64,000 nucleotides of DNA, taken from Saccostrea cucullata (Eukaryota). Below, in pieces: positions 25,671-37,600 of the stretch. The stretch's first letter is position 1; each line of letters starts with the position of its first letter. The translations under genes and the position numbers were made by a program. The notes under the pieces were generated by a model. It was not told the DNA's origin and did no database searches. It was given only the letters and a program-made list of their open reading frames with translations. The DNA lies in NCBI RefSeq assembly GCF_032062105.1, contig NW_026931375.1, positions 248,001-312,000 on the forward strand. The letters are read 5' to 3'.

Positions 25671-28600
25671 TATGAATGTCAGATCATGCTTGTCCTCTCT
25701 TCCATACATTACATAAGCAAAATGGCATGGTAAGACTCTAAGACCATATGATTACGAAACTTTCATCCAGAAATATTTAAGATTTGATAAAAGATAATAA
25801 CTAGGTCACTTGTATGAACTACATGTGTGCAAATTAAGTGATACTGCAGCCAAGTAGGTCAAACACAGATTGACCTTGTACCCTAGTCTGAACCATTTAA
25901 ATCTGATACATTCCATGTCTCTAAATTTATATAAGTACTTTGGTTCTTAATATCTTAAAAGAATCATTAATCTGTGTATTGATTTGCTAATGTGTCCAAC
26001 TTGTAACTCATCATAGAAAGTAAAATGTAGAAGCTTATTAGTAGTGATTTGATAATGCATTTTATCTTTAAAAATTTCTTCGTATAAAGTTGGCAGCAAT
26101 TGTTTTTTTACATGTATTTTCTAACTTTCTAAATTTTAACCTTTTGTGGAAAAAGGAAAAATATATTTTGTCTTTTTCAGTTCTTTATGAATAATAATCA
26201 ATGTGAACAATAATTAACTAATATTGAAATATTTTAAATGCTAACTTTTTCACTCAAAATGGACAATTTGGGATCTATATGACTGTATCAAGAGGTGTTA
26301 TATCAAGATGCATTTAGTAAGATATCTTAACCTTTTATTATCTAGAGATTAGATATCTTACCCTGTTAATATCTAGAGGTTTTTTTGTCTGTGTTAGTAG
26401 AGATGTGATGTCTATTGTATAAAGATTAACTTACCCTGTTACTGTCTGTAGTGTTCAGTGATTCCTGACTACTGAGTAGAGACTCATACGAGCTGAGATG
26501 GGTACGTCTACGTGGCATCTCACCAAACCGTAAATGATGCTCGTTTTCCTGCATTCTCATTCTGACAGCATGTAAGATTTCAGATAATGTCTTTCTCCGT
26601 ACATCAGGGTCCCTTATTGAAATGTACAGCATTTTGTGGTCGGCCGTTTCCTTGGGATTTAGGTGCCGCCTGTTTCCGAGGTCCAGTGGAGGCAGGTAAT
26701 GTTGCCTCTGGTTCACACTCTGGTGTTCAGATTTATCTTCTGAACCAGATTGCTGGGAGTTTTTTGAATCAGTATCAGAATCACTGTCCTCAATCCTCAT
26801 GTCTGAATTTTCTCCAGTGAACACAGCAACTTGGTTTTTGGAGGAAAACTTGACTTTCTTTTTCTCTCGAGATTTTCCTTTTTTAGGAATGATTTTATCA
26901 CTTCTGTCTGGGTCCTCAATTTTGGGCATGACCAGATCGTCCTGTAAAAGTTCCTGGGCAGCAGCGATGCCCTGGGGTGGATTTATGGGGGGTAAATTGT
27001 TCAGAGAGATGTGTTGTCCTGAGTCCCATTCTGAATTTTTATTTGTCCAGGTCAGAGGGGGCTGGTTTGTAATATTTCCTTCTTTGATACTCGGAAGCTT
27101 CAGAATTCCATCCACCGCCTTTTTCTCCTCAGAAGTTTCAGAATTTCTAGAAGATTGTTTGGTCTTTTTCTTCCTGTTCTTTTTTAATTTGTGAGCTGCA
27201 ACATTTGGGGCGTGGAATACTCGGCGACTTTTGGACGTTGTGGATAATTCGGTACTTCCTGTAGATGTGGGAGTTTCGCTGCCAGACAATCTCAGCTCCT
27301 CCATTTCGTGTCTTAGACTTGCAAGGTGATGAAGAAGTTGCTGCTTCTCAGAGGAGTAGGTCTTCATCGTCTGTCGCAAGTCATCCTGCAGTTTTTTAGT
27401 GGACCGTTGCAGGAAATTGCCGTACATGGTGTGTCGGATAAAAACAACCCTGCAAAGTAATTTTGATAAAAAAATTGTTTTTATCTTCACTTCATAGAAA
27501 ATATTGAAGTCTGAAGTAGAGAGAATCTCTTTCTAGAATAAATTTTTGAAAGAAATCTTTAAATGTCTTAAAAGATTTGCCGGCTCATTGGATAGCTTAG
27601 TAATCCCTTGCACAAATTATGACCTACCAAATCAAGAAAAAATTGCAGTTTAATCCCCTGTTATAATATAATGGTGTTGAATATGATTTTTATTAAGATT
27701 TTTTAAACCTATTTAGAGGTCAGTGAATTTTACAGGTATTAATCTTCCGAACTTAATTATAAGGATTACGTCAAAGAGGATGATAGCAGGAGTGCTATAA
27801 TAATTTGTTACGTATGTTATTCATATTTCTAAAAAAAATATATTGATGAAAGTAATTCTCTTATTTAATTTCAAAGATTCTATTACCCCCTTATATAATT
27901 AATAATTAAAAAGATCATACCTCTAATAATTCAAAGAATCCTGCTATTCACTTGATTATGTCTAAGGTCTGTTTATATTTTGTTCAAAGTGACAAAATTT
28001 TCTTGACGTGCATCGATCATTTAAATGAGAATGAATCGATTTAAATCCTATACAAAGTCGCTGCCTGTTTACATGTTTGTGCCACCCAAAGCAAACCAGA
28101 TACATAATGGATTGATGATGTTTTTATATTTTTTACTCAAAACAGATTGATCTTTAATTGATTTTTGATGGTTTGGATTAGCAGAATTCTATGGGTGATG
28201 GCTTTAAGCTTATGATTTTACAGAAAGATAACATCAGTGCTATTTCATTCAATTTTCGGCTTTGTAAACAAGATAAAAATCATTAAATAAAACATTGAGG
28301 ATGGGTGTAGTTACTGATATCCTGAGTGGCAAATATTTGAGGATGAAACAGTTCAAGTGTAAACAAATTCTTACTTAATATTCACAAAAAACTATAATGT
28401 GTTTTTTTAGAGAACAAAAATCAAATTAAAAATTTTTTGTAAGATAAAAATTATTTTTAAAAAGGGAGGCATATTAAAGAAAGAAAAATACTTGATAAAA
28501 AAAATTACCAATTATGTAAAAATTTACCTATTAGCAACATAATTATAACTCAACTTACCATATTACAAGGTTCCCATTTAGGTTTAACAGAATGCAAATA

Positions 28601-31600
28601 GCAGACTCCAAAATGAAGTTAATTGATTGCCAACACGGCTGATTTTGTTTGATTCTTGAAAATAAATGCTTCCTGTATTTCTACTTTGTCTTACACAGAA
28701 GCAAGATAAAGTGCTAAATGTCAATAAAATTTGACAGCTAGCAGCCCAAGTATTTTTCAAGTAGCTAATTCAGTCCCTGGCCCGATTTTCTTAACTCCCT
28801 TTTGATCACCAAAACATGGGACTTTCATTATACGGCTTTGACGCATGGATTCAATATTGACCATACATCCTATATTGGTTTTTTTTGTCTGTTAAACAAA
28901 CTGAATCAAATCTGAGCAATTTTGATTTTTGAATTATTACTATCGATTTCTTTTTTTCTCCAAGACAGCAAATTGAATTATGAAAGCATTAATATTGCCT
29001 TTTTAAGTCTTATGTTCGGATGTCGGAGGGATTTAAGAAATGCCCCAAAGTGCTGGTTTTATTGTCACCTGTGTAGGGAGCTAGGCAGGTACATTGTTTA
29101 TCGACCTGGCTACCTTACGTCAAAAGGTTCTTATCAAAAAGATATTTATTATATATAGAAGTCTCCTCTTCGGGCTTCCTCTTACACAATGAATCTCAAC
29201 CTTCATGTTGATATTTCTTTGGTTATTACTTCAAACTTTATCATTGAAATTCATTATGTGAATAGCTTAGGATTAGTGATTAGTGATTTCAGTTTGATAT
29301 TTTGTAGAAGGGGTCTTAAGACTTTGTATAGGAAATAATGTTTGTTTTATTAGAGAAGTCTTGTATTTTTGAATTGCTCATGTTTGAGATGAAAAGATTT
29401 ACCTCAGGGCAAAAGGTTTCTATCTTGCCAGCTAATACTTCAAAGGACATTGACAAATCTTGAAGATTCATTGAGTACAGTGTTTTGTTCAAGTAATAAA
29501 AGTAACTATACTTATATTCAATAAAAACAACTTCTTTCCACCTTCTGAAATTGTTGAAAAGCAAAATCCATTTATCATTTCCATTTCCTACAAATCCCTG
29601 AATCATCGTTGAAATTAAGAAAAGTAATTAAATGATTTTTTTTATACGTTCATTTAAATTTGGGGTAAGGGGGTGGGGAGAGGTATGAGGTTATTCAGTA
29701 CCCACATGTTTTATCATATATCCCACTCTTATAGGAAAAGATTGAAATAGAGAGTTTTATTTTGTACCATGATTGTGTCTAATGAAGAGGTTGGTTTAGA
29801 TTGTCTATGGGGTCAAAGGGCTTCTTTTCTTTTAATAAAATTGTAATAATTTATTAGTGTTTCATTCAATAACAGGAAATTAAAATTTTGAGTTTGCATA
29901 TTCATATTTAAACAAGGAGTTGGTCTGATGAAGAAAAAAACTTGAATGGGTTACAGGGTCAAAATGTACCATGTCCTTATGTAAAAATTGCATTGATATT
30001 TACAATGGTTTGGGTTAGAACCTTCTTACTAGATAGAAATTGATATACCCATAGTTGAACTTGAGTATATATTGAACATTGATTTCTCAGATACCATGGA
30101 TAAGTGTCAAAGTGATTTTTAAGTCCCAATTACTTTTTGTGTATTTTAAACTCAAGTCTGGATACCACAATCTTTTTCTTAGGTCCCACTGCATGAGTTC
30201 AAAATAAAAAGGTTTCACTGTATGTAAGCCACACAAGACCAATTTTCATTTTACCTTTCAGATAGTTTGCAATTTTTTTCTTGGTTTAGTGAGAGAGAAA
30301 AAAATTCAAAAATTTTTGCAAAGGAGAAAGCACTTATATGCTACATATATAGACACATCTCACTACGAGTATAAAAAATCTGCTTACCTGCGACTTGTCT
30401 TTGATTTGGATGTAAAAACAGCCCCCTCCTCCTTGTGTCTAGACATAAGTTCAGCTGTACCCAGACGGGCCTCATTGAGACAGTCGGGTAATGTCATGTT
30501 TCTGTTGGAGGACCGTCTCTCTTCCTTTATGTACTCAGTGGACTTCTTTACCTGATAAGATGGGGATGTTGTGCTTTTCAAAAAAATATGTATATATATA
30601 ATTTATACAAAAAATAAGTTTAAAGTGACTTATTAATCCCCCCCCCCCTTTTTTATTTTAAACAGATCTTTTTAAAAAGATTAATTTCAGATACTGGTAG
30701 CTAAAAATTAACTAGAAATATTTAATATTAAATTTTTAATTGATCCTTGTTTCTAGTCCCCTCCCCTTTTCAGTCAAAATTAAACAAGAAGGAAGTATAT
30801 AAATATGATATAATTGCATGATTAGATTCAGAATAGAAATCCATTCATTTTTTAATTTTAAAAAAAGATTTGTTCTCTAAATTACCAAATAGTCTCTTTT
30901 TATAAAACAGTCTCAACCCCCACTCACCAAATATTTATGTCACTTACTTTAATTTGGAAGAGTAAACAAATTTTCCTTCAAAATTAGATGAAGCAATAAT
31001 AAAGAGAACACTTCTTTCTAAGTTCAAAAATTTATAAATGAAATATTAACTGTCATGAAGTTTGATTAACTTAAGATTGCAATATATGGAAAAATTTTCC
31101 AGTGAGTAATTTAGTCACAATGTAAATTGAAAAGTGAAACTATTTTATTGTTAGCTTTTGTGTGGTCTTGACTTTCAGAGTCTTATCTTTGAAAATCAAA
31201 GCTTTTATTATTGAAAATTTACAAAAATGACAGTAAAGCACATTAACTGAAGTATAATTAAAATTCACAGTCAATGAGTTCATTACTAAAATGATTTGAT
31301 GTCATTTGGTGTAGCCATTGTTTTAGTCTAGACAAATAAACAAAGGTATTCCATGTGGAAGATTCCATTGAATGTAGTTGAAGCTTAGAGATTTGTTCCT
31401 GCGATAGAATTGTAAATTTAGTGGGGCGTTGTCCATTTTGTTTATTTATTGACAGCTTCAAAGTCACTGTTAAATTAACTTTAGAAAAAAAAGAATGTGT
31501 TAACTATCAAAGCATTTAAAAGAAATTTAAAATCCAATATATTGTAATTTGCTTGAATTATGTACAATATACAGTTCTTAAGCTTTGTTTTATCTTGAAG

Positions 31601-34600
31601 AGGCTATGTCCTTCATGTTCCACAGCAGACAATGGGTACCTGATACAAAAATCTGTACATTAAGTATACAGCTAACTCCACTTATATTGAAGTCGCTTAT
31701 TTTGAAATAAAAATTAATCCCAAGTTTTAGCCTCTCATATTCTTTGCATTAAAATAATGGTTATATTGAAATCTGCTGTATTGAGGTATTCACTTTTCGT
31801 CTTTTAATATTGCTTTTACAAAATAAAATTATTCAATTTTTTTTTCATTTTCATGCATACAGACATAAGGAGGCTAAAAAAAAAAAAATAAAGGAACCCC
31901 ATAGAAATAGAAAAACTTGAACTTTGAGACTAAATAGGAAATTGATATGCCTGAATTCGAAAAGCTAAGAATTTTGGGATTAACTCAAGTACACTTACGA
32001 TAATAAACAAGTAGCGTTCAGCAGTAAATTGACTGGTTGGGGTCCGATGATTTTTCTCCAAAACCCAAAAGAATGTGATTGGGAATTTTATAATGAGGTT
32101 GAATATTGTCTTCTCAATAAAATAGAAAGAAATAATTTTATATAAAAGATTAATGTTCCATGTAATCTGTTCAATATTTTAGATAAATGATGACCGAATT
32201 AATTTGTTCCGGTTTGATCTTCTTTTTTTAGATTGGGATGAAACTGTGAATAATGGTGGCTTCACGATTTTACTTAAATTGAATTACAGATATATTGAAA
32301 TAATTTGCCTGGTCCCCTGAATTTCAATATATCCGGAGTAGGCTGTATACAGTACGTATCTACTGACAAGAACTACCTAATATAGATTCATGGGACACAG
32401 TATAAAGAAGTGGTTATAGTTAAACAAATTGACACAAAAGAATCACTAGTAAGAATTCACTGTTGATTGTTATTTTAAAACCTAGAGCAAAATAAATTTT
32501 TAGGCTATTTCAAATTAGTCAATGAAAATTCAGTTTTATTTTTAACAGTAACAGATTTTATTTAATTTTCAGTCCAAAAAAAGTGGCATTCATTTTCTTT
32601 GTAAAATTAATGAAATTTGAGAAGATCAACAAGCAAGATAATCCTCATTGTATGGGCCCACACTTTACATCAATTTGAATACCGTAATCTATAAAACTTA
32701 ACCATCCTACTAAGCATTTTGTTTTTAAAAAGTTTTACAATTTTATTGATATGCCATTTGTTAGTATGCAGCGAGAATTGAATATTTATAAGTATTTGGA
32801 ATAATGTCAGTGAATTTTAAGTACTTACACCCACCCACATCCCAATTTCTAGGGTCACATAGAAACAACTTTCTTGTCATACATTTACGGAAACAAACTC
32901 TGAAATTGTTCTAATTTTCAATTTTATTTTGTTCTACAGGTCAATTTTGTTATACTAGTATATGTCTCGGAATTTAAAAAAGAAACTATATTATTTATTT
33001 ATATATTTATTTTTAATAATCCATGATTTTGAAAACAAGATACCTATCAAAAGTTAAACACAAGAAAAGTTTTCTATGAGAGTACTTGCCTGTTCTGTGT
33101 TAACTGTTGGTCCATGACTGTTTTATTTTCTGATTAGATTTAGGGACAAAATAGGGGGAAAACAGAAAAAAATATTCATGATAAAACATAACAATTTAAG
33201 AAAACAAACTGTTTAACAACTCCTGCTGTTTTGTGTTCTCAATAGATTCCTCTAATTACATTTTGGCCTGTAAATACCTCTTTTGAGAAGTCCTCAAGTA
33301 CTTGTAATGGGGCAAGGGATTGGAGTAATTGTTCTTCAATGGCTGCTATCCGGGGTTCCTGAGGAGATGCTGATTACGATACAGTTCTTGTTAGCGGCAA
33401 TCTGAAGTGGTGGCAAAAATAACCACCTTGTGATTTACAAGACATTGATTTCTGGGCCGATTAAGCAATTTGTTTTGTTCTTCAATCATAATTTCATCTC
33501 TCGTTATCTCGGCGCTGAAGTGGGCTTTATCTGAGTATGTGGCCAATTTTGTCATACTTTTTGATATCTAAAGCTATGTGTTATTGTGTCAATGGCAATC
33601 TTTTTCTGTTATAGATTATGGTACAAAATATTTGACATGAAATGTTTTTATAAATATTTCATATATCTTTTACACATGTCAAAACAGATGATTTAATTTT
33701 TACCTCCACAATAAAAAAAACGATGACTAGATATGGGAACCATATCACAAAATTTTATTGATCCTCAAAATCCAGAATAATAAGGTTATTGTTTTTTGTG
33801 TTTGTGAGATTTTTTATGTTAAAATAGTCCATAACATTTCAAAACTTTGTGTTTTGTAGATGTAATCTTTCAAATACCCCAAATCAACTCCTTATTTTGT
33901 GGGTTTATTGTTTTCAAAATATGATTTGTAACTGGTATCTATTTTTAGCTGTTATGCAATGTTTACTATTCCTATTTTACAGAGACGCTACCTCCTCTGA
34001 TACCACCCCTCCCTCCTCCCCCACACTGTCTCGGCGGGCCAGAGACCGACCCACAGATGACAATGTGTTCTCCAGGCTTACCAGCAATACCAAGCCACCA
34101 ACTCTACAACCACCAAACAGGTAATGTACTGTTATTGTACATAACTCAGTGATTGCACAATTAAGAAAATAATCTGTATTATCACAGTTGCTAATGAATT
34201 GACTGTCAAAAACTTTCTCTCCAAAAAATGAACTTTTCATTGAAATATCATTCAGTCATGCAAAAAAGAACTAGGATAAAATAATCACTTTCTTGGACAG
34301 CAACTTCTCATCACTTCTCAACCAAATTCACACAACAGGTACTTGCTAGATGACCTGATCTCTCACACACAACCATCCACTCACACAACAGGTGCTTGTC
34401 ACTGCATAACCCACCCACTCACACAACAGGTGCTTATCACTACAAATCTATCCACTCGCACAACAGGTGCTTATCACTACAAATCTATCCACTCACACAA
34501 CAGGTGCTTGTCGCTACAAATCCTTCTACTCACACAACAGGTGCTTGTCACTACAAATCTATCTGCTCACACAACAGGTGCTTGTCACTATGTAAGCTAT

Positions 34601-37600
34601 CCACTCACACAACAGGTGCTTGTCACTATGTAAGCTATCCACTCACACAACAGGTGCTTGTCATCCACTCACACAACAGGTGCTTGTCATCCATTCACAC
34701 AACAGGTGCTTGTCACTGCATAACCCATCCACTCACACAACAGGTGCTTGTCACTACATCATCCATCCACTGGTACAACAGGTGCTTGTCACTACATCAC
34801 CCATCTACTCACACAACAGGTGCTTGTCACTACAAATCTATCTCACACAACAAGTGCTTGTCACTACAAATCTATCCACTCACACAACAGGTGCTTGTCA
34901 CTATGTAATCTATCCACTCACACAACAGGTGCTTGTCATCCATTCACACAACAGGTGCTTGTCACTATGTAAGCTATCCACTCACACAACAGGTACTTGT
35001 GACTATGTAAGCTATCCACTCACACAACAGGTGCTTGTCACTATGCAAGCTATCCACTCACACAACAGGTGCTTGTCACTATGTAGGCTATCCACTCACA
35101 CAACAGGTGCTTGTCACTATGTAAGCTATCCACTCACACAATAGGTGCTTGTCATCCATTCACGCGACAGGTGCTTGTCACTGCATAACCCATCTACTCA
35201 CACAAAAGCATAATACATAAAAATTCTCTTGCAAAAATTCTCATAACACAAAAACAAAGGAATACTTTTACAACTCTTCTGTCGTATACCTCTCAAGAAT
35301 CCAACAATTCTAATTTTATATCACAGAGGGCAGATTGTTCCAAACACTGGGAAGGTTCCCCCCAGTAAGACGGCCCCTGTGGTGTGTACACATACAGCGG
35401 AGGGCCACAGTAAGGCTGTGCTGTCACTGGATGCCACCGAGGACCTGCTTTTTACCAGCAGTAAAGGTGAGAACAAGTGATGCTTTTTGTGCTTTTTCTG
35501 ATTCAGGTGGTATTTTGGGATATTCTTAAAAATCTTAAGTTATATCAGTTTAAATTCAAGGAAATGTTTCTGATAACCTATTTAAGATAAAAATAAAAAT
35601 ATTCTTCTGCAGGGAATTCAAAAAACTAATATTAATTCTTACTGCATGAATTATTTAAGGAAATCTTTAACCTTCTTAATTTCTTGAAGCTCTGAATGAA
35701 AGTATCATAAAAAAAGTTTTACAGCAAGTAAGCACTAAGCCATTTCATTTTTTTTCAGACCGAACTGCCAAAACCTGGGACCTCCACACAGGGAAAGAAG
35801 TTGCCTCCTATACAGGTCACCCTAACAATGTTGTGTGTGTGAGGTACTGCCCGCAGTCTAAGTTATTATTCACTGTGTCTCAGTCCTACATCAGTGTCTG
35901 GGACACTCGGAGCTCAACCAAACAGTGCATCAAAACTCTCAGGTATATTGATTCATATGTCTTAGTTTCTGTTGTTTGTTTAAATAAAATTGCAGTGTAC
36001 AGTTTATTCATACCTCAAATGTCTTGTAATGTATTTATGTGTTAGGGTTCTGATTATAAAAATGCAGGAAAAGATACTTAAAGCAGAATTGTGTTTCTGC
36101 TTATGCATCTGTTGCAAAGTCGTCTCTCTGGATCAGAAGTTGTTTATAACACATACAAGTATAAATCCTAATAATGTCTCACATTTTGCAGTTCCTCTGG
36201 ATTAACCCATGATGGTTGTGTAAACTTTGGATCCACTCGTCAGATTGAGCTGGCTCCAGGAGAGCATCACATTAATGATATTGCATTAAATGAAGACGGG
36301 ACAGCTCTATACAGTGCTGCTGGGAATGTAGTCAGAGTCTGGGACCTAAAGAGGTAAAACAAAACTCTATGAAAAGGGCAGTATTTCAAATTATAGAGCA
36401 GAAATATCTGAATTCTTTTTCAAGGATAAATCTTAAATTGAATTTTAAATGTGTTAGACTTAGAATAGCTGATAAACACTATTGTATATGATTTATTGAA
36501 TAATATACATGTAATAAATGATTGTCTTGTACAGTTTTTGTGCTATTGGTAAATTGAATGGTGGTCATCAAGCCGCTGTAATGGCTATAGCAGTAGACAG
36601 GTGGGAGACAAATGATATTGTTCTGACAGGATCCAAAGACCACTACATCAAGGTATCTCCTAACATAAAAGATATTAAAAGATATTGTTTTTTGTGAAAA
36701 TGTAAGTAAGTCAAACTGGACTCAACTTTAACTATGAAGATGTTAACTTACATTACTGTTATATCTTGGTATGTTTCAGATGTTTGAGGTGGTAGAGGAG
36801 AGGGCGGGTATAATGACCCCAAAGTATAACCTAGAGCCTCCCCACTACGACGGTATCCAGGCATTATGTATACATGAGGATACTCTGTTTAGTGGATCCA
36901 GGGATATGTGTATCAAGAAGTGGGACCTGTCCACACAGCAGCTAAAACATGTAAGTCTCTACCAAGTGTTGATAATCCTCAAATAATTTTCATATTTAAA
37001 AAAAAAAAATCCCTAAAATGACTTTTTTCTTGCTGTCTATATGATGATCTGCCAGGACAAAAGTGCTCTAAAAGAGAAAAGTTAAATTAGACTTATAATT
37101 TATGATACCTGTGATTTCAGTTTTTATTACTTGATATTTTGTGTTACTTTTAGTCTCTGAACTCTGCTCACAAGGACTGGATATGTGCTCTGAAATTCAT
37201 GCCAGGAAACAACATTCTGTTCAGTGGTTGTCGAGGGGGGTACCTCAAACTATGGAATATAGAGAACTGTAACCAGCTAGGAGAAATCAAGGCCCACAGT
37301 AGTCCCATAAACGCCATAGCAACCAACTCCTCTGCTATCTTCACAGCCTCCAAGTAAGTACATATGTACTAGATGTTTGATTGTGAAATATTCATTTTCA
37401 TGTCATTGAATAAGAGATGTCTGATAGTAAATTCAATCATTTCAGTGCATGTGTTTTTGGATATTTATGCATTTGAGAAAAGTGTACAATTGGATGGGTT
37501 AATATTGCACATATTTCAATGCATCTTGGTAAAACAGAAGCCTAATTGAGATGTGGGAATAAGTCATTTATTATTATATGGAAATCAAAAATGTGAAGTA

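Noticed and set aside
26320-26441. Duplicated donor-like CTTACCCTGTTA about 73 nt into the nested gene's intron
   Set aside because: It belongs to a short local tandem duplication, and using it would read through an immediate stop; probably neutral.
26587-27194. Plus-strand ORFs of 77 and 131 aa as possible KIF21 exons
   Set aside because: They are antisense shadows of the large minus-strand exon and are not needed for, or similar to, KIF21.
33089-33401. Possible upstream coding exons of the nested gene (GC donor near 33089, GT donor near 33277 on the minus strand)
   Set aside because: The nearby ATG frame does not match the phase of exon 30551; they may be 5'UTR exons but cannot be supported from sequence alone.
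34325-35210. CRISPR-like look (constant repeat plus variable spacer) and four overlapping ORFs
   Set aside because: Linkers are only 1-13 nt and are reused, the context is a eukaryotic intron, and no cas genes are present; the ORFs are by-products of the minisatellite.
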